Below, piece by piece: positions 40,773 to 51,156 of a stretch of 64,000 nucleotides of DNA. Numbering within the stretch: the stretch's first letter is position 1; each line of letters starts with the position of its first letter. The notes beneath the pieces were generated by a model. The model searched no databases, was not told where the DNA came from, and saw only the letters and a list, made by a program, of their open reading frames with translations. The position numbers were made by a program, and so were the translations under genes. This stretch comes from Chloroflexota bacterium (lineage in GTDB: Bacteria > Chloroflexota > UBA11872 > VXOZ01). The stretch lies in NCBI GenBank assembly GCA_965221905.1, contig OZ244922.1:1152001-1216000 (forward strand), given 5' to 3'.

Positions 40773-41807
40773 CTATTCCGTCGGATGCAGCAGCATCTTG
40801 CCAAATTGCGCCCGCGCAGCCATGCGTCGGTGGGCTTCTTGGGCTTGATCCAGTGGGTAGACCGTGTCGAGCACTGGGTTCAGAATTCCCCGGTCGGCGA
40901 GCGCGAGCACATGCTGCAAGTCGAGGCGATTGCCGCCCATACTGCCGAGAAGACTCAGTTGCCGTGTATAGAGATGCCCTATGTCCACCGTGCCGCCGCG
41001 GCCTGTGGTCGCGCCGCAGGTGACTAGCCGTCCGTTGCGCGCCAGGGAGCGGACGCTTTGCTCCCACGTATCTTCGCCCACGTGCTCGAAGACGACGTCT
41101 ACTCCTCGCCCGTTCGTGATGCGCTTGACTTCGCTTACCACATCCGATTCGCTGTAGTTGATCGTTGCCTCTGCGCCAAGCTCTTGTGCACGGTCGAGTT
41201 TTTCCTTGCTGCCGGCGGTGGCAATGACGTGCGCACCAAGGAAGCGCGCAATCTGCACGGCATAGACGCCCACGCCACTGCCGGCCGCTTGCACGAGCAC
41301 CCATTCGCCCGGTTCCACGCGGGTGCGCCGGTAGAGCATGTGCCAGGAGGTGATAGCGGCGAGGGTGAGCGCGGCAGCGGCGTCGTACGAAAGAGAGTCC
41401 GGAATGGGCACGGCAACTGACGCCGGTACCGTGATGTACTCGGCATAGCCGCCCTGGTTTGGAGCCGTGCCGATGATGTGACCGTTGGCGCAGAGACTCT
41501 CCTCGCCCCGCAAGCAAAACTCGCAGACCCCACAGAAGGCCCAGGGAGAGACCGCAACGCGTTGCCCTTCGGCGACGTTTCGCACGGCCTCGCCTGCCTG
41601 CACGATCTCTCCGGCAACCTCTGAGCCCGGTGTGTGCGGCGGCTCGAGGCCCGGCCGCGCGCCGGTACGCAGCCATATGTCGAGATGGTTCACGCCCGAG
41701 GCATGAATCTTGACGAGGACCTCATCTGCCCCGGGTTCCTGCGTCGGAACAGTATCGAGTTGCAGAGTCTCAGGGCCCCCAAACGAATGAAAGCGTATTG
41801 CGCGCAT
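40773..41807 (-). CDS. Zinc-binding alcohol dehydrogenase/MDR family protein
   Basis: GVNHLD, PGSEVAG, CGVCEFC..C, AAGSGVG, FGKMLL. Confidence 0.9.
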   Translation of the reverse strand: MRAIRFHSFGGPETLQLDTVPTQEPGADEVLVKIHASGVNHLDIWLRTGARPGLEPPHTPGSEVAGEIVQAGEAVRNVAEGQRVAVSPWAFCGVCEFCLRGEESLCANGHIIGTAPNQGGYAEYITVPASVAVPIPDSLSYDAAAALTLAAITSWHMLYRRTRVEPGEWVLVQAAGSGVGVYAVQIARFLGAHVIATAGSKEKLDRAQELGAEATINYSESDVVSEVKRITNGRGVDVVFEHVGEDTWEQSVRSLARNGRLVTCGATTGRGGTVDIGHLYTRQLSLLGSMGGNRLDLQHVLALADRGILNPVLDTVYPLDQAQEAHRRMAARAQFGKMLLHPTE

Positions 41808-42200
41808 AGAGTATTCTCCTCAACCAGGTTCACGCTTTTGTATTCATGACAATGTACTTAGCGGTTTGCACCCGTAGTGTACAGCGCACATGGTACCGCG
41901 TGTGCGGCCAGTCCGCATCCCGCCGGATGGACGGCATAGATCCCAAGAATCCCAGGTGCGTGGCACAAGGGTACGCGCTACAGTGGAAGAGCGGGGGACA
42001 AGCCCCCGCGCTACACAAGAGCCCCACCATGTGCCCATGGCCATATTGGTCGTGAGAGTATTGTGGTGGCAATTCAAACCACCGTTCGTGCTGCGTGTGT
42101 CGAAGCATGAACTAGGTCATTTGCAGTCGCGAACAGAACAGGATTCAAACCGATTCTGCCAGTCTTTGGATCTGCAGAGGTAGATATAAGCCGGGAGTAG

Positions 42201-43379
<1,179 letters not shown>

Positions 43380-43630
43380 GCTGCAATAGGGTGACTTTCC
43401 CAGCTTCCCCTGTCTCGGTGGTTTCGTTAAACGCGCGAGTGAGATTCTCTCACCCATTGTAAGATCGTCCGGAATCTTGCAACACAAGCAGATGCCACTA
43501 CCCAAGGGCAGAAAGTTTCCTTTCGCACGGTCAGTGCTTCCCCCTCCAGAGGGAGAGGGTTAGGGTGAGGGGATCCGAGATCTGGGCCACATGCTCGACC
43601 GATCTGCTAGGACCTACTTCCTCACGAACA

Positions 43631-43662
43631 ACCCTAGATTTCTCGCTTCGCTCGAAATGACA
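43631..43662 (-). repeat. Solo copy of the GIY-YIG-flanking repeat
   Basis: Reverse complement TGTCATTTCGAGCGAAGCGAGAAATCTAGGGT vs TGTCATTCCGAGCGCAGCGAGGAATCTAGGGT at 48889-48920. Confidence 0.85.
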
Positions 43663-43770
43663 GTTGATCGCAACATACAATTGGCAGCAGTTTCCGATAC
43701 AACAGCGACTGCACGAGTCAACGAATTTTAGCCTCACTTTCCTCCCGGGCTAGGGCTTGCACCGTCTTCC

Positions 43771-44061
43771 TCAATCATATGGTGGAAACTTGCGCTGAAC
43801 ACCCGTGGGACGCAGGCCATGGGGATCATTAGGTTCGCGCACCCAGTCGTGATCAATCGTTATCACCGCATCGGGCCCCCATTCCTCCCACACCCGGTCA
43901 AGCACGCTAACGTCGTGCAACTCATCACAGTCGAAGCATTTAATCTGCCGCCCATAGTGTGAGCGAAACGCCGCTACCGTCAGCTTTGACATATAAACGT
44001 ACCCACGCTCTGACGTTCGCTCTTGCGGAAGGCGCCTCACGATGAACTCATGCCTCGGCAT
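43771..44061 (-). CDS. Hypothetical H-CxxC-H protein B1 (96 aa)
   Basis: Starts MPRHEF after GGAGGAGG; paralog of 44644-44979. Confidence 0.75.
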   Translation of the reverse strand: MPRHEFIVRRLPQERTSERGYVYMSKLTVAAFRSHYGRQIKCFDCDELHDVSVLDRVWEEWGPDAVITIDHDWVREPNDPHGLRPTGVQRKFPPYD

Positions 44062-44521
44062 CTCCCACCTCCTCCGATGTGCGGAATTCGTAGGTCGGAT
44101 ACCAAATTTCACGGTAGGGCCGCTCCGGTTTCGCCGATTCGCGGTAGACGATGCCGAAGAGCCGCTCGTGTCGTCCGTCGCCATTGAGGACGTACGTCTC
44201 ACGCGTGCCCTCTTCATAGAGGATCGCGTGGATTGGCGGGGGAGCCTCCGCGGCGGGACCGTAGTCCTCGGGACGCTCATTGTCCCGATAGTAATTGTGC
44301 GTGAGCTGTATGGTAATTTTGGTGTCCGGCTCGTACTCTTCTTCCAAGTATTCGAACCCGTGCCCCGGCGGCATTAATTCGCCACAACCCCCGCAAGCAA
44401 ATCGACCTGAAGGAGGGGTGTTGCGGTATTCCGCTACCGTAAATGTGGGCACGCCGGGGTGGAGCAGCAGGGCCTTTATCCCACTCTCAATGGGGATAAC
44501 GCCGAAACTGTGCTTGGGCAT
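44048..44521 (-). CDS. Hypothetical H-CxxC-H protein A1 (157 aa)
   Basis: Paralog of 44966-45442; shares ERLFGIVYRE and PERPYR..WYPT. Confidence 0.78.
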   Translation of the reverse strand: MPKHSFGVIPIESGIKALLLHPGVPTFTVAEYRNTPPSGRFACGGCGELMPPGHGFEYLEEEYEPDTKITIQLTHNYYRDNERPEDYGPAAEAPPPIHAILYEEGTRETYVLNGDGRHERLFGIVYRESAKPERPYREIWYPTYEFRTSEEVGDAEA

Positions 44522-44643
44522 TGCGAGACCCCTTTGCAGTGCAGGGCCGCAGGCCTCTCCTACCGGAGTGACAAACTACCAATGCACATGTGTGGCAGCA
44601 AGACTGACAAGAATATGACTACACGAGTCAACAGATACTAGCT

Positions 44644-44979
44644 TCACTTTCCTGCCGGACCGGAACCAGTACCATTTTCCCCATATTCTCGCGGAAGTAT
44701 GCTCTTTACCATCTCCGCCCAATTTGGCGGTGGCTCACGAGGGTCGCCAGGCTCAAGACTCCAATGGTGAGACACCGTGATCACGGTGTCGGGCCCCCAT
44801 CTTTTCCACAGCCGGTCAAGACCGGTCGCGTCGATCATCTCGTCGCAATAAGCGCACTTGATCTGCTGTCCCCAGCGGGCCTGATACGCCGCTACCGTCC
44901 GGTCGGACATGTCGATGTGCCCAAACATATCCAGTTTTTCTTGTGGAACCCGCTTTAAAATGGTCTCATGCCTCGCCAT
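44644..44979 (-). CDS. Hypothetical H-CxxC-H protein B2 (111 aa)
   Basis: Starts MARHET after GGAGG; QIKCxxCDE and WGPD.VIT shared with B1. Confidence 0.75.
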   Translation of the reverse strand: MARHETILKRVPQEKLDMFGHIDMSDRTVAAYQARWGQQIKCAYCDEMIDATGLDRLWKRWGPDTVITVSHHWSLEPGDPREPPPNWAEMVKSILPREYGENGTGSGPAGK

Positions 44980-45442
44980 CCTGTACCTCCAAGGGAGCGC
45001 GAAAGTCGCCGGTGGGGTACCAGACATCACGGTACGGCCGCTCCGGCGCCGCGACTTCGCGATAGACGATGCCGAAGAGCCGCTCCTCACGATGGCCGCC
45101 ATCCGAGACATACCGCTCACATGCGTCATCTTCATATAAAAGCACGTGTGTTGTCGCGGGAGTCTCTGCGTCAGGGGCAACATCTGCGGCACCCACATCA
45201 TCGGCGTAGTGGTTGTGCGTGAGCGTTACGGTAATCAGGGTTTCCGGCCCGTATTCTCGATCCATGTGCTTGAACCCATCTCGCGTCGATTGCGGCTCGC
45301 CGCAACTTCCGCAGCGAATCGCTCCCAATGGATGAGCCTCACGAAACTCCGCCAGCGTATACGTTGGAGCTCCGGGATGAAGCCACGGGGCCAACTTGTA
45401 CTTGTCACCGAGAATCGAAGGTCCGATACCGTGCTTCAGCAT
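44966..45442 (-). CDS. Hypothetical H-CxxC-H protein A2 (158 aa)
   Basis: Starts MLKHGI after GGAG; paralog of A1. Confidence 0.78.
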   Translation of the reverse strand: MLKHGIGPSILGDKYKLAPWLHPGAPTYTLAEFREAHPLGAIRCGSCGEPQSTRDGFKHMDREYGPETLITVTLTHNHYADDVGAADVAPDAETPATTHVLLYEDDACERYVSDGGHREERLFGIVYREVAAPERPYRDVWYPTGDFRAPLEVQDGEA

Positions 45443-45773
45443 GGGTAGACTCCAGAATGCGCAGGCGGTAAGACATCCTCTATACATTCTTGAGATTAAG
45501 GCACATTGGATGAATGGTCAATAGCTTCGGCAGGGAGATGTGCCTTGATTTCGAATTCTCCGGTTGCACAAGATCCGTGGCCCAAGAACTGCAATTGGCA
45601 GCAGGAGTGCAATATGTCCATCCGTTCGTGCTGAGTGGGCTTCGCGGAGCCCTTGTCAAAGCATGAACGAATGGCCAGAACAGGCAGCAAGCTTACCCGC
45701 AGCCGTTTGACAATGCCGAACCCTTGCAGGAGAGACTTCCGCAGTTCACGCGAACTTCGATAAAGCGCCTAGC

Positions 45774-47228
45774 CTATTCAGGCGGTTGCCAGCGCAGGTT
45801 GGGACGGCGGGCGGCAGTGGTCTCGTCGAGACGGCGTACGGGAGCGGAGATGGGAGCCTCTTTGAGTTTCTCCGGAGCCGTTTGCGCTTCCTCGGCGATG
45901 GCGAGGAGGGCGTCTATGAAGGTGTCGAGGGTGTCTTTGTTTTCGGTTTCCGTCGGCTCGATCATCAGGGCCTCCGGCACGATGAGCGGAAAATAGACCG
46001 TGGAGGGATGAAAGCCGTAGTCAATCATGCGCTTGGCGACGTCCAGCGTGCGCACGCCCTCGGCCTTCTCCTTCAAACCGGCAAAGACGACCTCGTGCAT
46101 GCACGTACGGTCGTAGCGCAGGGCGTAAGCGTCGCGCAGGCGCTCTTTCAAGTAGTTTGCATTGAGCACGGCGTACTCCCCCGCGCGCTTGATACCCTCG
46201 GCCCCCAGCGTGCAGATGTAGGTGTAGGCGCGCACCTGGTTGAGGAAATTTCCGTAGAACGAATGGATGCGACCGATACTATCGGGGCGGTCGTAGTCCC
46301 AGGCGTACACGCCGTCTTCCTCCTTGACGAGCGGCACCGGCAGGTACGGCTCCAGCGTTTCGTTGACGCAGATCGCGCCCGCGCCGGGTCCACCGCCGCC
46401 GTGGGGCGTGGTGAAGGTCTTGTGTAGGTTGAGGTGGAGCACGTCCAGCCCCAACGCGGCGGGCTGCACCGTGCCCAGCAGCGCGTTCATGTTGGCCCCG
46501 TCGCAGTAGACGAGCGCGCCGACCTCGTGCGCCATGCGGCAGATTTCCACGATGTCCTGCTCGAAGAGGCCGAGCGTGTTCGGCACCGTAAGCATCAAGC
46601 CCGCGACATCCTCATCGAGCAACGCAGCCAGCGCGTCCATGTCCACGGTGCCGCGTGCGCTGGAAGGCACTTCGATTGCGGCATAACCGCACATGGCGGC
46701 CGTAGCCGGATTCGTGCCGTGGGCGGAATCGGGAATGATCATCTTGCGGCGCGGATTTCCCTGCTTGACGTGGTACGCCCGGATCATCAGCACGCCGCAG
46801 AGTTCGCCGTGAGCGCCCGCGGCCGGCTGCAGCGAACAGTTGGCGTAGCCGGTAATTTCCATAAGCGCCCGGGAGAGATTGTGCATGAGGGCGAGTGCAC
46901 CCTGAATCGTGTTCTCCGGCTGATGTGGATGGATGAACGAAAAGCCCGGTAGGCCCGCGACAGCGTCGTTCACCTTGGGATTGTACTTCATGGTGCAGGA
47001 ACCCAGCGGATAGAAGTCGTGCTCAATGCTGTAGTTGCGCTGTGAGAGTCGGGTAAAGTGTCGCACAACGTCGAGCTCAGACACTTCCGGCAGGGGAAGT
47101 GCGGCCCGCTGCCAGTGCTCGGGAATATCTGCTTCGCTATCGAGCGCAGGCACGTCGCTTTCCGGTAACGAATACCCACGGCGTCCGGGAGAACTACGCT
47201 CGAAGATCAAGGGTTCTGCGTTTTGCAT
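45774..47228 (-). CDS. gcvPB: Glycine dehydrogenase (decarboxylating) subunit 2
   Basis: PLGSCTMKYNP, HLNLHKTF..PHGGGGPG, EPTETE. Confidence 0.97.
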   Translation of the reverse strand: MQNAEPLIFERSSPGRRGYSLPESDVPALDSEADIPEHWQRAALPLPEVSELDVVRHFTRLSQRNYSIEHDFYPLGSCTMKYNPKVNDAVAGLPGFSFIHPHQPENTIQGALALMHNLSRALMEITGYANCSLQPAAGAHGELCGVLMIRAYHVKQGNPRRKMIIPDSAHGTNPATAAMCGYAAIEVPSSARGTVDMDALAALLDEDVAGLMLTVPNTLGLFEQDIVEICRMAHEVGALVYCDGANMNALLGTVQPAALGLDVLHLNLHKTFTTPHGGGGPGAGAICVNETLEPYLPVPLVKEEDGVYAWDYDRPDSIGRIHSFYGNFLNQVRAYTYICTLGAEGIKRAGEYAVLNANYLKERLRDAYALRYDRTCMHEVVFAGLKEKAEGVRTLDVAKRMIDYGFHPSTVYFPLIVPEALMIEPTETENKDTLDTFIDALLAIAEEAQTAPEKLKEAPISAPVRRLDETTAARRPNLRWQPPE

Positions 47229-47319
47229 CTTTAGCTTGTCCTAATTCTTTGAATGCTCTTGTGACTGTAGCGGGGCGGCGTCTAAGTGACTGTCCAACGT
47301 GTTACTCTCTTCGGGATAT

Positions 47320-48675
47320 CTAGCCAAACCCACCCAGCGCTGTCACGAGGCGGTCTATATCCTCCCGTGTACTCAACTCGGTAACGCAGACCAGCATGTG
47401 ATGATCGAGCTCATCACGCACCCGCCCAAGGTCGTAGCCGCCCAGCACGCCGTGTTCGAGCAAGTGCTCGTTGACGCTGCTCACCGGAGCGGGACAATGT
47501 ACTACAAACTCTTTGATATAGGGCCCGGGCGACGTAACGGAGAAGCTGGCCAGCGCGTCTATCTCCGCAGCGGCATAGTGCGACTTCGCAAGGCAGAGAT
47601 CGGCTTTCTTGCGCATGCCCGCCGGGCCGAGCCAACTGACGTTGATCGTGAACGCCAGAGCTGCCAGCGCTTCATTGGTGCAGATATTTGAGGTGGCCTT
47701 TTCACGGCGGATGTGTTGCTCACGGGCTTGGAGGGTCATCACGAATCCGCGCTTGCCTTCCAGGTCTTTGGTCATGCCGGAGACCCTGCCGGGCATCTGG
47801 CGCATGTACCGTTTGCGTGTCGCGTAGAGGCCCAGCCGGGGGCCGCCAAAGGCGGGCGGCAGCGCCAGACTGTGTCCCTCGCCGGTGACAATGTCGGCGC
47901 CGTACTCACCGGGCGGCGTCAGGATGCCGAGGGCGACCGGATCGGCGCTTACGACCAGCATGGCGCCGTGGGCGTGAACGTCTTCCGCGACCTGTTGGCA
48001 CTCATGTACCCAGCCGAGGAAATTTGGCACCTGCACGGCAACGCAGGCTGTATCCTCATCGATGGCGGCGCTCAACGCCTCCCAGCGATCATGGAACATG
48101 CCGTCATCGTCCAGGGCAAACACCGGTACGCGCACGAGGGTGAGTTCGCGACCCTCGGCGTAGGTCTCCAACACCTCGAGGGTGGTTGGATGGAACGTGT
48201 CCGGTACAACAACCTTGGAACGCTTTGTGATGCTGCAAGCGGTCAGCACCGCTTCCGCGGTGGCGGTTGCCTCGTCGTACATGCTGGCGTTCGCCACGTC
48301 CATACCGGTGAGCACGCAGACCATACTCTGAAATTCGTACATGGCCTGCAGAGTGCCCTGGGAGAGTTCGGGCTGGTAGGGCGTATAGCTTGTCAGGAAC
48401 TCGCCCCGCAGAATCAAGGCATTTACGATGCTGGGAACAAAGTGATTATAGCTGCCGGCGCCCAGAAAGCTGGGCATTTCCTGCACATTGCGGTTCAGCC
48501 CGGCGAGTGATTGCATGTGTCGGATGACTTCCGGCTCGGCCATGCCGGGCGGCAGGTCCAGGGTCGGATGGCGTACATCCTCGGGGATATCGTGAAAGAG
48601 GTCTGCGCTGCTGGCTACGCCAATCGCACGCAACATTGCCTCTTTGTCTTCGCTACTGTGTGGTACGTAGTCCAT
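47320..48675 (-). CDS. gcvPA: Glycine dehydrogenase (decarboxylating) subunit 1
   Basis: YTPYQPELSQG, NASMYD, REQHIRREKATSNICTN; start set to MDYVPH. Confidence 0.97.
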   Translation of the reverse strand: MDYVPHSSEDKEAMLRAIGVASSADLFHDIPEDVRHPTLDLPPGMAEPEVIRHMQSLAGLNRNVQEMPSFLGAGSYNHFVPSIVNALILRGEFLTSYTPYQPELSQGTLQAMYEFQSMVCVLTGMDVANASMYDEATATAEAVLTACSITKRSKVVVPDTFHPTTLEVLETYAEGRELTLVRVPVFALDDDGMFHDRWEALSAAIDEDTACVAVQVPNFLGWVHECQQVAEDVHAHGAMLVVSADPVALGILTPPGEYGADIVTGEGHSLALPPAFGGPRLGLYATRKRYMRQMPGRVSGMTKDLEGKRGFVMTLQAREQHIRREKATSNICTNEALAALAFTINVSWLGPAGMRKKADLCLAKSHYAAAEIDALASFSVTSPGPYIKEFVVHCPAPVSSVNEHLLEHGVLGGYDLGRVRDELDHHMLVCVTELSTREDIDRLVTALGGFG

Positions 48676-48887
48676 AGCACCTTCTTCATTAAAGCAAGAA
48701 TTGTCAGACTTCCTAAAACTCGCGCTTGTAAACAAACTACCTAAAGTAATTCTGCATCCTTGTCCAACCCGTAAGCTCTGCGCAATTCAGTTGCGAGGCA
48801 ATGCAGTGGCACGCGGTCTAAGAGAACTTTCTGAGTGAACAGTAGTTTGGTCTCACGTCGCCGAAATCGCGTGGAGTTTCGCTTCAT

Positions 48888-49279
48888 ATGTCATTCCGAG
48901 CGCAGCGAGGAATCTAGGGTCAAATTGCGCACTCTCCAAACCAGTCCAGCGCCAAATCCTTCCATCGGGGATTTGCAGACTCGACGAGCGCGATCTTCTT
49001 GCTCCTTCGCCACTTCTTGATCTGCTTCTCTCGCGCTATCGCCGATTCTACGTCTGACGTCTCTTCATAGTAAGCTAGCCACGTCAAATTGTACTTCCTT
49101 GTGAAACCCGGAACGAGTCTCTGCCTGTGCTCATGTATTCGACGAAAGAGATCGCTGGTGACACCTAAATAGAGCGTTCGGACACTATTGGTCAGGATGT
49201 ACACGTAGTAAGACCTGTCTTGACTCTTGGCCAAGTTCTTTAGATTCCTCTCTCCGCTTCGCTCCGTTCGGAATGACAT
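48888..49279 (-). mobile_element. Putative ~390-bp element: GIY-YIG nuclease gene bounded by inverted palindromic repeats
   Basis: ATGTCATTCCGA..GAGGAATCTA at both ends in inverted orientation, abutting the CDS, located between gcvH and gcvPA. Confidence 0.65.
48920..49234 (-). CDS. Stand-alone GIY-YIG nuclease
   Basis: YYVYIL..LYLGVT.DL.RR..EH, FTRKY, AIAREKQIKKW.R..K, NP.W.DL; TTG start at 49234 or in-frame ATG at 49279. Confidence 0.92.
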   Translation of the reverse strand: MAKSQDRSYYVYILTNSVRTLYLGVTSDLFRRIHEHRQRLVPGFTRKYNLTWLAYYEETSDVESAIAREKQIKKWRRSKKIALVESANPRWKDLALDWFGECAI

Positions 49280-49444
49280 GGGGAAAGTAGCTCTCTTACT
49301 TTCGCCAACTCGGTTCAATCTAGGCGCCGTGACGGATCTATGATCTTGGTATTTCACTTAAGGACCACAAGTTTCGCGCAAGCCCTGTAAACTCGCGGGC
49401 TTTAGAAACTTCCTGGGGCCGCACTTTCAACAACCAACCCTGCC

Positions 49445-49840
49445 CTAGTGCGCGCCGGACTCTGCCAGCACTTCCTTGTATCCCGCGGCGTCGAGCAGCG
49501 TTGCCCATTCTTCATCCAGGTTTGAAGGTCGGATCTTGAGCATCCATCCTTCATCGTACGGGGAATCGTTGACCAACTCCGGATTATCGGTAAGCCCCTC
49601 ATTCACCTCCACAATCTCGCCTGCAATCGGCGAGTAGAGATCGGAGGCAGTCTTCACGGACTCTACGACGCCGAATTCTCCCATTATCTCCACCTGGGTG
49701 CCGGGCTGCGGCAACTCCACGTAGACAATGTCGCCGAGTTCGCCCTGGGCGTAATCGGTGATGCCAACTACGCAGAGGTCGCCCTCCATGCGCGCCCATT
49801 CGTGTTCTTTGGTATAGCACAACTCATCCGGTATGTTCAT
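49445..49840 (-). CDS. gcvH: Glycine cleavage system H protein
   Basis: HEW, GITDYAQ, VESVKT (lipoyl Lys), PY..GW. Confidence 0.97.
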   Translation of the reverse strand: MNIPDELCYTKEHEWARMEGDLCVVGITDYAQGELGDIVYVELPQPGTQVEIMGEFGVVESVKTASDLYSPIAGEIVEVNEGLTDNPELVNDSPYDEGWMLKIRPSNLDEEWATLLDAAGYKEVLAESGAH

Positions 49841-50052
49841 ATGCTTCTCCGTTGCAATTCACTGAAAGCAGCTTGGCAGCGCATGTATTCCCTTTATGCC
49901 GCCCCGATGATACCGCAGTGCTTCCGATGGCTTCTAGTAGTCTCCCGGACTTGCGGGTGCTCCGGTCCGGTGTCATCGTCTACGCTTGCGTTCCGCTCGA
50001 TCTTCGCGCAAGAGTGTGCGCGATGCGTCTGCTTGCGATAGCAACAAGCCAA

Positions 50053-51156
50053 TCACCGCGGGCGTTGATAGAACGGCATTGCGACCACTCTGGCTTCGCG
50101 CAAGTCCGCACGAATGCGCATGTGGACCGTAGCACCCACCAACGCAGTTCCTGTCTCTACATTCGCTATAGCAATCGCCTTCTGCAGTGTTGGGCTGAAC
50201 GTGCCGCTTGTAACGAGGCCGACGTCTTCACCATCCACGACGATGAGACATCCCTCTCGTGCGATGCCGCGATCTATGAGTTCCAGGCCGATCAACTCCC
50301 TGTCAGGGCCCAATAGCCGCACGTCTACAAGAGCCTCTCTGCCAATGAATTGACGGTCCTTGAAGCGCACGAACTTCTGCAGTCCCGCGTCAAAGGGAGA
50401 CGTCGCGTCATCCAACTCGTGCCCGTACAGCGGTAGCCCAGCTTCCAGCCGCAGGGTATCGCGTGCGCCGAGCCCTACGGGCTTTATGCCGTGCGCGGCT
50501 CCCTGTCCCAGTATTGTGCGCCAAGCCTCTTCCGCGTCCATGGCAGGCACGAAGAGCTCGAAGCCGTCCTCGCCGGTGTATCCGGTGCGGGTGATTGTAA
50601 TTGTGTTGCCCAGAAACGGAGCCTGCGTGCCACGGTAATAGCGCACTGCGCCGAGGTCGGCGGCACTACCCACCATGCTCTGCAGGAGAGCGAGCGCTTT
50701 CGGTCCCTGTACGGCCAGCAGCGCAAGCGCGCCATTCTGGACAGTAATGTCAATTGTCCAATGCTGGCTTGAGATCTGGTGCTCCAGCCAGTCGACGATT
50801 GTGTCGGTGTTAGAGGCGTTTACGACCAACCGATAGTGGGTAGGCAGCCGATAGATCAGCACATCATCCAGTATCCCGCCATCCGGACGACACACAAGAC
50901 TATAGCGAATCTGGTTTTCGGCAAGGTCGGTTACCTTGTTTGTCAGGATACCGTCCAAGAAGGCGGGGACGGCGTCGCCGGCAAAGTCGAGGATGCCCAT
51001 GTGGCTGATGTCGAAGAGCCCGATCGCGCTGCGCACCGCCCGGTGTTCCGCAATCACGCCTTCGTACTGGACCGGCATTTCCCAGCCCGCAAAGGGCACT
51101 ATCCGCGCGCCTGCCTCGACGTGGGACTCAAAGAGGGGTGTACGCTTGAGTTGCAT
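50053..51156 (-). CDS. gcvT: Glycine cleavage aminomethyltransferase
   Basis: FAGWEMP, FDISHMG, RTGYTGEDGFE, GARDTLRLEAG; start set to MQLKRT. Confidence 0.97.
   Translation of the reverse strand: MQLKRTPLFESHVEAGARIVPFAGWEMPVQYEGVIAEHRAVRSAIGLFDISHMGILDFAGDAVPAFLDGILTNKVTDLAENQIRYSLVCRPDGGILDDVLIYRLPTHYRLVVNASNTDTIVDWLEHQISSQHWTIDITVQNGALALLAVQGPKALALLQSMVGSAADLGAVRYYRGTQAPFLGNTITITRTGYTGEDGFELFVPAMDAEEAWRTILGQGAAHGIKPVGLGARDTLRLEAGLPLYGHELDDATSPFDAGLQKFVRFKDRQFIGREALVDVRLLGPDRELIGLELIDRGIAREGCLIVVDGEDVGLVTSGTFSPTLQKAIAIANVETGTALVGATVHMRIRADLREARVVAMPFYQRPR

Noticed and set aside
43771-45201. ORF-track starts at 44280 and 45201 for the B proteins
   Set aside because: The extensions overlap the A genes out of frame; RBS position and paralog alignment support starts at 44061 and 44979.
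49280-49357. N-terminal extension of the GIY-YIG ORF given in the ORF track
   Set aside because: It extends beyond the terminal repeat into flanking DNA and is not part of the nuclease domain.
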